64,000 nucleotides of DNA from Callorhinchus milii. Its lineage: Eukaryota. Below the pieces are notes generated by a model. The model had not been told where the DNA came from. It did no database searches and saw nothing but the letters and a program-made list of their open reading frames with translations. Location: the NCBI RefSeq assembly GCF_018977255.1, contig NW_024704749.1, forward strand, positions 7,936,001-8,000,000, in the 5' to 3' direction. Below, piece after piece: positions 15,001-27,126 of this stretch. The translations under genes were made by a program, and so were the position numbers. How positions within the stretch are numbered: the first letter of the stretch is position 1; each line of letters opens with the position of its first letter.

Positions 15001-18000
15001 GATTTTTGGGGGATCACCCGATGTCTGACCCATGCAAAAACCCATCACTATGATCAGCCAGGTGTCTGACGCGTGCTTAAGAATATCCAAAGAATATCCA
15101 AACCAGACTGAATTTTTGCCACCCACACATGGAAATTTCCATGTCTAGAGTAGCCTTGTACATATCAGGGAATCTGAATTTTTTATGTGGAGTTTCTTTC
15201 CACGCCCTTGAACTTCTTCCAGGATATCGTTTTGCAGTGTCTGCAGAATCTAAAGAGATTAGATCTAATGTACTCCTCCAGGTTGTTTTTTACCATTTCC
15301 ATCCACACTTTAATGGAGACTATTTTAAGTATCAAAGATAACTTGGTTGATAGAGCTGCTTATCGATTTCCTCTTGTACGTGGGTTGTTTTTTCCACATG
15401 CCTGATTCAATATATGAGTTTATTCCTTGTGAATTTCCCCTACCACCCGTCTTTCTCTCTCCCCCTCCCTCTGCTCTGGAAGGTGCCCGGTTCTCCTCGA
15501 TGTCGACCTGTTTGGCATCGCGAAGCAGTTTGCACAGCTGGAGCTGTCTTCGTTCTCTCTGGGCTGCTTGCTGCTCGTCCCTTATTCAGAGAAAAAAGAG
15601 CAACAAATACAGGTGTGTAAAGTCTGCAACATCGCTGACCGCAGTCCCAGCTAGCTACCCGCACCCATTAAACCACTACCTTTGATTAAAATATATATAT
15701 TATATATATGTGTGTTTTTGATCCATAAAATGAGTGTAGTCCTGTAGCGTATTGATTAGACACTCTCTCTGCAAGCGAGAGGGCCCAGGTTTGATTCCCG
15801 GGCAGGGCAAATCCTTAGGCAAGTTTCCTCCTTACTCCACACGCACACACACACGCCACTCACAAGGAACCTGCTTGTTAGCTGATTGGCGGACTGGCGG
15901 GTAATTATGTTCAGTGTTCCTTTCGTTCTCTTTGACCGAGCCTTCAGCTCCCCTCTCGACTCTCTTCCCCCTCCTCGCTCCCTCCCTTCCCCCCCCTTAC
16001 CCCCCCCCCCTCGCCCCCCCCCCCCTCACCCTGACCATTTCCCCCCTGCTCGGGTCATGACCCAACTGTGCAGCGCCTTGGGACGTCCTCCTGACGTGAA
16101 AGGCGCTTTATAAATGGAATCTTGTTGTTGTTGTTGTTGTTGTTACAACCACTGAAGAGGATGGCTTTTTGCTTCTCTCTGATTTTAAAACCAGAAACCC
16201 ACTCGGGTTCTTGTAAGGAAATGTCAGTGTGATGTGTGCAGGGCTACACAGTGAGGCATTGTGCTTGCTCTCCACAGAGGTTTCTTGTGTCCGTTGATCC
16301 GGTGAAGATTTTGCAGCAGGTTGTGGACCACATGAGCACTGGCGAGGTCGCAGGATTCGGCTCGAAGGTAAAAAGCCGACTCTGACACAGAGAGTTATCA
16401 TTATAACCATCCCACGCACTTGATCTAGCAGCGGCAGCGTCTCAAAGCACTAGAGACAGCAATTGTTGTTTACTGCCCTGGGCAATGGGAGAAACTCCCT
16501 TCTCTCTTCCCTTGAAGGCGAGACAGTGACTGACTGAGACAAGGCACTTGTCTTAGCGATTTGTTGCTACAGTCGCTTCAGTCCCACAGTTCCACCTCGC
16601 CTCCTCCTTTTCCTCCTTCAAGGTTCGTCTCAAGACCCTCCTCTTTGACTGCGCCTTCGGTCACCCTCCTACCACCACTCTCCTTGCCCTCCACTCCTCC
16701 TGATTCCAACCTCCAGCTCAGGTTCAAATCTCTTACGTCATCCCAATGTGAAAGGTGATGTATAAATGTAGTTTGTTGTCCACGCCCCGAAACTCTGGAA
16801 CTCTCCCTCAATCCCTCTGCCTTGCCACTTCCTTCTCCATCTTCAGGTCGCATCTGAAGACCTTCCTCATCGACTGGGTTTGCAGTCACCTTTCCCCTCA
16901 CTCCCTGACGCAGTGTCAGGCTTCACTGCTATCAAGCGCCCTGTGTGAAGGGCGCTCTATAAATACTAGATACTGTTGCTGTCCACGTCATGATGGTTAT
17001 AGTCCTAGCGATGTGTGGGCTGGGTAGAAAAATGGGAAGGTGCAGGAGTATTGGTGAGCTGGCATTGACCCGCTCCTGTGTGTGTTTCTAACTCTGAAAG
17101 ATTACAAAGTTAGTGCTGGATCGGGTGGTAGACGAGAAGCAGTTTGCCAAACTGCTTGGGACTGAATACTTTGCTCTGCTGAAGCAGCACATGATGGAGA
17201 GAAAGCGAGGCCCAGAGCTGGTGGCTTTCCTCATGAGCAGCAACAGGTGAGTGACGCTCACTGAGTCACAAAACAGCATTCAGGGACTTCCTGTCTAATT
17301 ATTCTGATTAATCCAATTTTTTGTTTTGGAGGACTTATTACCCTCAGAAAGCAATCCATCAATCGACTAACAATCCTGCTTACTACTGGGTAAATAGAGG
17401 CTTGTGGAGTAAGGAAACTTGCCTAAGGTTTTTCGCCCCCCGCCCCCACCGATCCCTCCCTAATCTGGAGGATTGTTGACCAGGTCACCAGGAGAAACTC
17501 CCTTTTCTCTTATGTTCACCTGAAGAACCGACACAATTTGATGTCTCATTCAGACCCAAAGGGCTTCCCCCAGTGCCTCGCTGACGTATTAGCCTGGATT
17601 GTGAACTCAAACTTTCAACATCCTTTAGGCTCTGAGGCGAGTGTGCTAACAACTACATCCCACTTGCAATACAGCCTCATTTGGTTGGGTTTAGGTGTGG
17701 TGGGGAAGGTGAGGGGCATGTTTGGGTCGGATGAAAAGAAGTAATTCTTTACGAAGATGGTAATTATTAATCAGAAAAAGTTACCAGGAACAGAAACTGT
17801 GTTTGAATTAATAAAATGATTCCCCCTCAAACACACACTAAGCGTCCTATGACTTCTGCAGCCTGAACGATATTATGCCTTTCGCCATCGAGTGTCTGAA
17901 GCGGGAAGGAAAGAGCGTGCAATCGAACTTCTCCCCAGAGGATATTTTACAGGTAATCTGAGCTTCAGGGAACCAGTGAAAGCCACCCGGATTTTCACAA

Positions 18001-18466
18001 AATTCACATCAAAGAATGCAAAGTCAAGATGGTAATCATTCAGAAATCACAAAGTCACTTGTGGTTCTGTCTATTGTACATCTAAGGGCTGAAATACCTA
18101 ACTTCAGCAACTGCCTCTCCCCGTCAACCTCCTCTCCTTCATCCAAATAAACCAACTGGGAGGAGAAGGGCAGAACTGGCAAAAAAAAAACAATTTGCGA
18201 TTATGCAGCCACCTTCATACGGGGCAGCGTCTCGGGAGCGCTTCATGACAGCGCGGTTTTACGGTGAGCCGGGAAGAAAGGCGAGGAGACCTGGTATGGT
18301 CGGAGTGACAAAAAGTCTTCAGATGCGAAGAAGATAAAAATGGGGCAGGAAAAATCTCTTTTTAAAGGGGGGCAGCTTCTCCCTTAACGCTGCTCTAAAC
18401 TTGTGGCGTAACTTTTAATGCCTTGCACTTTTGTCCTTGCAGCAGTGTCTCCGTGAGAAGATGTAG
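1..18466 (+). CDS. KNTC1: Kinetochore-associated protein 1 (Rod, RZZ complex), 3' part, 35 exons, 5' end outside window
   Basis: Hand-spliced GT-AG exons with consistent phases: <1-71, 336-452, 687-759, 1003-1070, 1569-1855, 2074-2246, 2522-2619, 2954-3098, 3763-3819, 4129-4292, 4898-5002, 5297-5425, 5604-5720, 6124-6233, 6796-7000, 7636-7725, 7842-8013, 8558-8616, 8890-9106, 9525-9598, 9823-10033, 10565-10674, 11150-11205, 11367-11445, 11893-12011, 12773-12908, 13405-13500, 13840-13896, 14726-14780, 14877-14940, 15483-15612, 16278-16367, 17101-17246, 17862-17952, 18443-18466 (TAG). Peptides [39 protein letters not shown] and [16 protein letters not shown] resemble vertebrate KNTC1; synteny with HCAR/DENR/CCDC62/HIP1R. 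Confidence 0.95.
12932..13314 (+). mobile_element. Tc1/mariner-type deleted DNA transposon (MITE-like) in a KNTC1 intron
   Basis: TA|CAGGGTGTCCACAAAGTCC ... GGACTTTGGAGACACCCTG|TA: terminal inverted repeats (17/19 match) with TA target duplication. Internal remnant [15 protein letters not shown]...[14 protein letters not shown] resembles a transposase C-terminus. Confidence 0.8.
14340..14712 (+). mobile_element. tRNA-derived SINE with L2-type tail (representative near-full copy)
   Basis: Pol III A/B-box head (ttagagcactc...ggttcgattccc), body ggcaagtttccttactccaca...gtgggacgctgctgtgcgcaattggctgcc, (ATT)n tail. Other plus-strand copies near 3975-4095, 7120-7270, 8235-8520, 12175-12560, 15740-15900 and 50200-50500. 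Confidence 0.85.
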
Positions 18467-19045
18467 GAGCCTCAGAACTTCACAGAAAGAATGTTTCTCT
18501 GCCCACCAACTGAGAAAGTTGACATCACTTTCTGCAGTGTTCATTCGTTGGGTTTGTCTGTTCAATCGTGGGCGTTTTGCGCCAATGTTAATTAAGATTA
18601 ATGACAGATCCTGATGCCCAGGTAACAAACTTTTTATAGAGTTTAAGTATTTTACCAGTTCCTACATTTAAAGTCTCACTATTTTGTAATTGAACTAAAA
18701 GTACATTTAAGTTGTGGGTGGAAGAGTGGATGATGATGATGATATCTGGGCAGACGAAGAGTAGGATGAATTTTGATGTGGGTGATATTTGCTTATGTTG
18801 TGGTCTGAGAGGTACATGCCAACCCTGTGATTTGTATCAGCGGGTCCTCTGCATTTAACAAGTGGGCGAATCAACCGGTGTTATTTGATGAACCCACATC
18901 CGGTTTATAATGTTCTTGGAGTGGTACCATTGTGTTGTATATGACAAACACACAGACAGCCTTAGGCTTTCCATGTGTACAGCTTTTGTATATTTAATTC
19001 AAATGTGTTACTAAACGTATACTCGAGACAAATTACGTTCTTGGA

Positions 19046-19051
19046 AATAAA
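19046..19051 (+). terminator. Candidate KNTC1 polyadenylation signal AATAAA
   Basis: AATAAA about 580 nt after the stop codon; use is not demonstrated. Confidence 0.4.
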
Positions 19052-21200
19052 AACCCTAAAACACACAGTAAAATGTGGGCGAGTACGTGCAGCTATTTAC
19101 ATAAAGAAATGGGAAAATCGATGGAGGGCAAACATTTATTTATTTGTTTTATAAAAGCGAAGACCGTAACAAAGAACTGGCATTTTTACAGAATCTTGTC
19201 AACTTTAGCCAAACTCTCACCCACTCACAGGGACCTCTGTAGCTCACTGTCTAACACTGAGGCTATCTGCTATTTATAACCAGGTTAAAGTGCTGATCCA
19301 CACAATATCGGTTCCTAATAAGGTGAGGTTTCCTGTTGGCAAATTAAATCTTTTTTGGGGGGCAGCTGGGTGTCTGACACATGCGGAAACCCATCACTGT
19401 GCTTAAGAATATTTAAACCAAACTGAGAATTCCATGCATCTCACCTACATGTGTAAATCCCAGAGATAGATTGTTAGAATGGAAAGTATTAGGCGCAGGT
19501 TGGCAAGAACCAAGCCTTAGGGACAGAGTATGCATTAGGGTAACTGCTGGTATCCAACCAGCTAAAACCACATACTACAACAACAACAAGACTACATTTG
19601 TATAGCGCCTTTCACATCGGGAGGACATCCCATGGCTTGCCATTCACAGCACTGCCTAGCAAAGTCAAAAAGTTAAGTCAAATTAAGTGAAAAGCCCCGG
19701 TTTGTCAATCAGCTTAGTGCTAACGTGGTGGCTGAACTCTATGCTCGCCTCCGTTCCACTAATTAAAACTCATCAGCTTATAATTTTCCAGATACAATAT
19801 TAAAGACCATCAAAGGTGACACCTCAAAACAGAGGCGAAGAGAGAGGCTAGCGTCATATAAAGTCAGCAGCTAAATAGTCACTAATTACATCAGTAGCTT
19901 ATTGTTTCAAGAAAAATTGGCTGTAAACAGCCATTGATTTTAGTTCTTTGACATTGGGTGGATTAATGCTGTGCTGCAGGAGTTATGTTGGGGGTGGAGG
20001 GGTCTCTCGCCCTTTTTCAAAAACAATTTTTTAAAAAAGTTCTTGCCAATAAAAATCCAGAAGGAAACATGGGATGTAACTTACAAAACTGATATTTTTT
20101 TAATAACCTGCATCCTGTGGAACGAAGAGTTGGGAAGTTGAACAAGCAAGGAGCTAATTGGAGCCGAGATATGATGAATGAGTGAATGAGGGTCTCGGTG
20201 GCCTGAGGAGAGAGACAGTGAAGGAGCTGGACGATTTTGCGGAGGTGGGGGAAGGCAGAATAGGTAATGATGTGTATGTGGGGTATGAAGTACAAACCCC
20301 TCCTGAAAATAAGCACAGTTGCAAGATTGAGAGAGATAGACATCTTTTTGCTCGGTCTTTATATGATTTCCTATTCTGAAGGCAAAATAGGTCAAGAGGT
20401 ATAGTGATTAGCATCAAATAGCTGCCTTTCAGCATTCAACTTGTGGCCAAACGGCATAGTGTAATTAATTAAGTTAAAGATCCTGTGATACTTGGGAAAC
20501 GAGAAGGGGTTTCATCCAGTGTCCTGGTCAACAATCCCCCAGAGAAATGGATCATTCTCTTTGTGCTTGTTTGTGCCACCTCGCTGCCACCCATTCTCTC
20601 TCTCTCTCTCCCCCGCCCCCCCCCACCCCCGGAAATACACAGGTACTACACTTGATAGCATTTGGCTTTGAGGATTATTATTATTACTGGTGCTTTAAAC
20701 GTGGGTTAGAGAGTTTTAATTGTGCCTCTGCTTGTGTGGAGGGCACAAGACCATTTGTGTTATTCGCAAGCTTCAAATATCAAAACACTGTCCTGCTCAC
20801 TTATCGGGCACCTGCATGCTCTCCTATGCATTTTTTCAACTTAATATTGGCAGTCTGTTTGTTGGAAGCTAATTGCATAATTGTTTGCTTGCGCTTGGAA
20901 AACGTCTCTTACAAAGCAATCAGTTACTTGTAACTTTGTCCTAACTTTAGCCAACTTTGATCTTGCATGTTTGCTGAGGACTGTGTGCTGGCAGGTCACA
21001 TCGCAGATGTGTTTTCTCTAACCCTGTGTAGCTGTAGTATTATAGTAGTATCAGAACTCTGGACCATTGCTGTGCTGCTCATTTACAATCCAAGCCGTAT
21101 TGTGGCTCCTCCCATGATCTATGTTGCAAGATCTGACCTGTATAACTGTTCAGTCAGACGGGTGCAGTGAGCTGTGTAAGGAAGCTTGTACAGTGCAGCA

Positions 21201-22232
21201 ATGAATAACACAACCATCAACTGTAGAATCGCTGACATCCCGTCCATTTATAATGCACCGGCCATCATCATCACCTCCAGCCTGGGCTTAGTGGCCAACG
21301 TGCTGGCTTTGTGGATCTTCTGCTTTTACCTCAAGTCCTGGAAGCCCAACACTGTCTACTCCCTGAACCTGGCCATCGCAGACCTGATGCTCGCTGTGTT
21401 CTGCTTGCCGTTCCGGGCAGACTACTTTGTGCGTGGGAAGAACTGGGTGTTTGGTGATGTGATGTGCCGCATTAACGTGTTCTTAGTCTCCCTGAATCGC
21501 GCTGCAAGTATTGCCTTCCTGATGGTGATGGCGATGAACCGCTACTTCAAAGTCATGCACCCTTACCACAGGGTCAGCAGGATCTCGGGGCTGTGTGCTG
21601 TGAAGGTGTCTTGCCTACTGTGGGCGGAGAGCGTGGCCATTACTGCCTACCTCCTGGCTGAATCTCACGACTTCAAACACGACAGCAAGACCCTCTGCGA
21701 GAACTTCAACATGGACAACCCACTGGGCACAGCATCCTTTATCTGGCACAATGTGGTCTTTATCTTCTTCAAATTCACCCTGCCCATCTGTATCCTCCTT
21801 TTTTCCACCTTCGGCATCGTCTTCAAGATCAGGCAGATGAGCCCTGAACTCAGACACAAGTACAGGAAGACCATCAAGCTCCTTGCCGCTGTGGCGATAG
21901 TCTTTGTCTTGTGTTTCTTGCCGACCAGCGTGGCGCTGATAGCCGTGGTTGTCCACAGGAGGACCAAGGATCTCAATTGTAGGAGCTATGAGGTTTCAGT
22001 CCAGGTGTTTTATAACACTCTGTTCGTCACCTACTTCAACATCGTGCTGGATCCCATCGTTTACTACTTCTCCAGCTCGGTGTTTCAGACCGCCTTCAGG
22101 AGGGCGCTCAACACCTGCCGCTCGGGGGCAGCCACCGACACCGAGGCTCCTTCCCAGGAGGGAGAGCTTGACGACAAGCCGATGAAACGGAGTCCAGTTG
22201 ACTGCCAAACCACCGAAACATTCAGTGACTGA
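21201..22232 (+). CDS. Hydroxycarboxylic acid receptor-like class A GPCR, copy A (343 aa, single coding exon)
   Basis: ATG at 21201 in good Kozak context (gcaATG). Seven hydrophobic segments. HCAR-family motifs: LWIFCF.LKSWKP, LNLAIAD, CLPFRADY (HCAR1-like), W.FGD..CR, TM3 LNR..SI.FL, RYFKVMHP.H, CFLP, TY.N..LDPIVYYFSS. Lies between KNTC1 and DENR like mammalian HCAR1-3. One-to-one orthology cannot be assigned. Confidence 0.93.
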   Translation: MNNTTINCRIADIPSIYNAPAIIITSSLGLVANVLALWIFCFYLKSWKPNTVYSLNLAIADLMLAVFCLPFRADYFVRGKNWVFGDVMCRINVFLVSLNRAASIAFLMVMAMNRYFKVMHPYHRVSRISGLCAVKVSCLLWAESVAITAYLLAESHDFKHDSKTLCENFNMDNPLGTASFIWHNVVFIFFKFTLPICILLFSTFGIVFKIRQMSPELRHKYRKTIKLLAAVAIVFVLCFLPTSVALIAVVVHRRTKDLNCRSYEVSVQVFYNTLFVTYFNIVLDPIVYYFSSSVFQTAFRRALNTCRSGAATDTEAPSQEGELDDKPMKRSPVDCQTTETFSD

Positions 22233-24892
22233 GTGAAGCCAAGGGGAGGTCGGGATCTATGATGTGGGTTGGGACATCACAGGTGGGATTGTTGTGGAGC
22301 GCAGTGGCTCGGTTTCTGGAGGCAATTTGCAGCAGCCACACAGCAAAGTCCCACAAACAAAGATGAAATAAGTGACTGATTTTCTCTGAAGCCAGGACTC
22401 AGCAGGAGAAGCTCCCTTCTCTTTTCCAACACTGTCCCTGGATTTTCAACATCCTCTTGAACAGGTAGACATGCGTTGTGATGTCTTAAGGAGTATACTG
22501 TAAAAGGTACTGACTGTATTTTGTGGGCGAAACACGGCAGCCAGTTACACACAGCAGTATCCCAGTCATGGATTGAGTGACCAATTTTTTTTTCTGGAGG
22601 GATAGCGATCCACCAATTGACTAACAATCCGGTTCCTACTTACTGTTAGGTAAACAGGCGTGTGGAGTTAGGGAACTTGCCTAAGATCTGACCCAGCCCT
22701 GGGTCCTCTCGCTTGCAATGTGAGTGCTTTGCTAGAGGATGTAATATAAATCGCTCGAAATGAAGGGTGTGTTTGTAAACTTCTTTATTTGTCAATCCAA
22801 ACACTCAAAAATCCACCACTCTAAGCAATACAGTTTGTCCCATTCGCAGTATATTTGGGGACGAAACTCAGCAGCCAATTGCACACTATAGGATCCCACA
22901 AACCGTCATGAATTGAATTGACCAATTTTATTTTTTTTAATTTTGTTTTCTTGAGGGATTATTATCAGGAGTGTGGAGTAAGGAAACTTACCCAAGGTTT
23001 GTTGTTTTAATAGGGTTCCACTGTACACAGAGCCATTTGTTGGTTCCAAGTCGGGGATAATTTCTGTAAAAAGCGATGAGAACACTGCCTTATTTACTAT
23101 CTTAGCTTCAATGTATTAAACATCCCAACACGTTTTGGTGAAATTCTTCCCCCATCACACACACACACACACACAGGCAGTGGAGTGAACCACTGCAGCT
23201 CTCTGTCTAACACCGAAGCTGCAAACAGAAGACAACAAATTACACTTACACTTACACAACGCCTTTCACATTGGGAGGACGTCCCGAGACACTGGACAAT
23301 CAAGGACTTGCACCTGAGCTGGGGGTTGGGATCAGGAGGGTGGAGGGTAGGGAGGATGGGGATTGGAGGGTGACCGAAGGCAGGCTGTTGCGGTCCATGT
23401 CCGGGTTAGTACAGTCATTTTGGGGGATTTCTCCCCCAGAAAGCGATCCATCAATCAACTAACAATCCTGCTTGTCGTTGATCTTGGAGTGTTGCCAGTG
23501 TTTTGTATATGACAAATACAGACAACCTGAAGCTTTGCGGGTGTACAGCTTTTGTATATTTCATTCAAATGTGTGACTAAACATGTACTCAAAACGATTT
23601 ACGTTCTTGGAAATAAAAACCCTAAAACACACAATAAAATGTGGGCGAGTACCTGCAGCTATTTACGTAACAAGTGGCAAAACGGATGTCGTACAAACCT
23701 TTATTTGTTTGGTTTATAAAAGCACAGACTGTAATGGAGAACTGACATTCTTTGCAGCATCTGAAAGTGGATCGTGGGGAAAAACTGCTGAGGGTAGTGA
23801 CTGTTTTTTTTATTGGAGTCATAGTAACTGTCCCACATACGGCCTCTTGAACTGGAGAAATGTCAGCCAGGGCACTAGGGGAGTCTTTGATAGAGGTGAA
23901 TGAATGTCGGCAGGGGTGCGTGGGGTGGAGGAGCTCTCATAGCCAACACACGTAAACATACACACACACACACAAATACAAACAGGGAGCGGAAGGAGCT
24001 ACTGCAACTCGCTGTCTAACACTGAAGCTATCAGACAGTTATAACCGGGTTGGTTCCTAATGAGATGAAGGGTTTCCTGCTGGCACAGATCAGGCGCAGG
24101 TTGGTGAGAGCCAAGGCTTGGTGGTCCCCAGAGAATGGACCTCCGAGAGTCTAAACTGCATAACTTGCCATTGAGAGTACTGGCTAAGGAAGTCAAAAAT
24201 GAAGTCGAATGAAGTCAAAAAGCCCCGTTTTGTCAATCAGCACAGTACTAACATGGTGGGTGAACTCTGTGCTCACCTCCTATCTGCTAATTAAAACTCG
24301 TCAGGTTATCATTTTCCAGATACAAAATAAAGACCATCAAAGGTGACAACTCAAAAGAGCGGTGGAGAGAAAGGCTCGTGTCATATATAGTCAGCAGCTA
24401 AATAGTCGCTAATTACTGCGATAGTTTATTGTTTCAAGAAAAGTAGACTGTAAAAAGCCATTGACCATAGTTCTTTGACATTGCGTGTACATTAATGCTG
24501 AGCTGAGGGAATTTGGTTGGGAGTGGTGGGGGGGGCGGTGGTGATGGGTCTCTTACTCTGTCAAAAAACTTGGTTTACATGTTCTTGCCAATAAAAATGC
24601 AGAAAAGAACATGGGATGGAAGTTACAATCAACCACAGGCATGTGCTCCTCAACAGTGACCATTTGGGAAATAGGTGAGAACTTTGTGCAATCACCAGTT
24701 TTGTAACTTTCTCCTCATCTTTCCTTCTGCATTTTGTATTGACAAGAACTTCAATCAGCAGCCCTTCTTATTCATCAGAAAAATGCACCTTAACATGTTG
24801 AAATATCTTGAAAGCGCTGTGCAGGCAGTCACTGTCACTGTGATAGGCTGGTGCGGGGCAGCCATTTTGCACATGATAAAAGCCGTCAGAAT

Positions 24893-25450
24893 ACAACAAC
24901 AACAAAATTACATTTGTACAGCGTCTTTCACATCGGGAGGTCGTCCCAAGGCGCTGGACAGACAAAGTTTCAGACCCGAACTGGGTTTTGGGATCGAGGA
25001 GGATGGAGGGCAGGGGGGCCAAGCAGGGAAATCAAAAGCACGGTCAAAGGGGTCTTGTGATGGGTCTTGAAGGAGGCAACGGAGGGGGCGAGGCGTAGGG
25101 ACTGCGGGCTGGAGTTACAGAGGGAGACAGGTTTGAAGGTGTGGAGGGAGGGATGGGTATGGGCCGGGGTGGGAAGGGGAGATGGGGAGGGCGTAGTAGA
25201 CGGAAGGGCAGAGGCAGCTGAGCGGATCTCCTCAATTTTGGATTCGAAGAAGTCCAGCATCGCCTCACAGTTGGCATTGGAGGTGAGAATGGGCAAGGAG
25301 AGAGGGGGAGGAGCTGGTTGGTGATGGAGAAGAGGAGGCTGGGGTTGTCCTTGGCCTCCAAGTGTGTCTTGGAATAGAACGACAATTTAGTGGAGGTGTG
25401 GAGAGGTAGGATTTGATAAGGTCCAGCCAGATCGGTCCAGCCCGATGGAG
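24893..25450 (-). mobile_element. Internally deleted paralogous copy of the same L2 insertion in duplication unit B
   Basis: Same tail and 5' flank as 30862-32650, but about 1.3 kb of RT sequence is missing (jump near 25100). Confidence 0.8.
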
Positions 25451-27126
25451 CGTTAAGTTTGATTTAAGCCTGGTGCGTTCAGCGGCACCAATAGTTAAAT
25501 TGGTTTGGTTCGTGGGATGTGTGAATTTTTGCTCAACATTTGACTTTATAGAAAAAAGGCAACTTTGACAATGTTGGTTCAATTTATGGCCTGGTGGCTC
25601 AGTGTCTCCACTACCCTTTGTGTGAGGAAACATGTTATGTAACTTGGGAATTGAAACCACCTGTCAAACAGCACCATGGAGGCTATTGACTCATTTGCTT
25701 ACTGTTTCATATAACATAAGGCTATAGACACGCAGAGTGGGGAAGAGCAAGGAATTAAGATGTATGACCTTACAGGAGGAGCAAACACTACAAATGCACA
25801 GAAAACAACTCTGTGAAGGGCTTAGATGTTTTTACTTCATAAGGTGCTACAGCAAAAAGTGAGGATTATTATAATGGGTCAAATCATTTGCATATAATAA
25901 TATAATAATCTATTTATGCGGATGACACCCATCCCTTTCTGTGCCTCCACACTCAACTCCAGGACCATTGCTGTCCTGGTGGATTGTCTGTTGGACATCA
26001 AGTCCTGGATGATGTAACTTTTTCCTATTGATCGTCGATAAGACCGAGGCCCTCCTGCTTGGTTCCTGTCGGCGACTCCTCAGCTCAGGCGCTGATAGCA
26101 TCAATATTCATGGGTGCAATTTGTTGTTGCTGCTGCTGTTTGCGATGGTTAGGACGTTTATTGAGAGAGAGATCAGTGGTTGTCAAACACTAACCACACT
26201 GTAATATTCCACTTCTGGTCCTGTCTACAATGATGAAGCTGTATTTCCAGCAGCTGTAAGACATTGTTCTTCCCTGCTGGCCCCTGGGCTGCTTGCACAC
26301 TGTTTGTGGGGTCCTGAAGCTTAGTGGTTAAAGTACTTGCCTCGCAAGTGAGCAGGTTTGATCCCCGGGCAGGGCAAAATGTTGGGCGAGTTTCCTTACT
26401 CCACACGCCTCTGTTTACTCATTCGCTTATTAGATGTGATGAATGCCCGGAAGGCAGTCTCTGTGACACTTGGGAAATGAGAAGTAGATTTCAGCCAGTG
26501 TCATGGTCCAAAATCCCCCAGAGAAATGGATTATTCGCTTTGTGGTTGTTCGTGGCACTTTGCTGCCCGCCTCCCTCTCTCCTCCCGCCTTCTCTCTCCA
26601 CCGCCCCTTCTCTCGCTTTCTCTCTCTCTGTCTGCAAATACACAATCACTACACTTCACAGTATTTGGCTGTGAAGCTCTTTGAGACACAGGCGCCGTAT
26701 TGGGCATGAGGATTATTATTATTATTACTGGTGGTTTAAGCGTGGGTTACTGTTTTAATTGCGCCTCTGATTGTGTGGAGGGCACAGGACCAGATAATTG
26801 CATAATTGTTTGCGTGCACTTGGAAAACCTCTCTTACAAAGCAATCAGTTATTTATAACTTTGTCCTAACTTTAGCCAACTTTGATCTTGCATGTTTGCT
26901 GAGGACTGTGTGCTGGCAGGTCACATCGCAGATGTGTTTTCTCTAACCCTGTGTAGCTGTAGTATTATAGTAGTATCAGAACTCTGGACCATTGCTGTGC
27001 TGCTCATTTACAATCCAAGCCGTATTGTGGCTCCTCCCATGATCTATGTTGCAAGATCTGACCTGTATAACTGTTCAGTCAGACGGGGTGCAGTGAGCTG
27101 TGTAAGGAAGCTTGTACAGTGCAGCA

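Noticed and set aside
21186-21200. ORF-track start at TTG giving 348 aa
   Set aside because: The ATG at 21201 (27127 in copy B) is the plausible eukaryotic start.
20967-21204. 1-nt indel (ggg vs gggg) altering upstream ORFs between HCAR copies A and B
   Set aside because: It only swaps which upstream ATG frame stops early and which overlaps the start, so both copies keep one of each. The TSS is also unknown.
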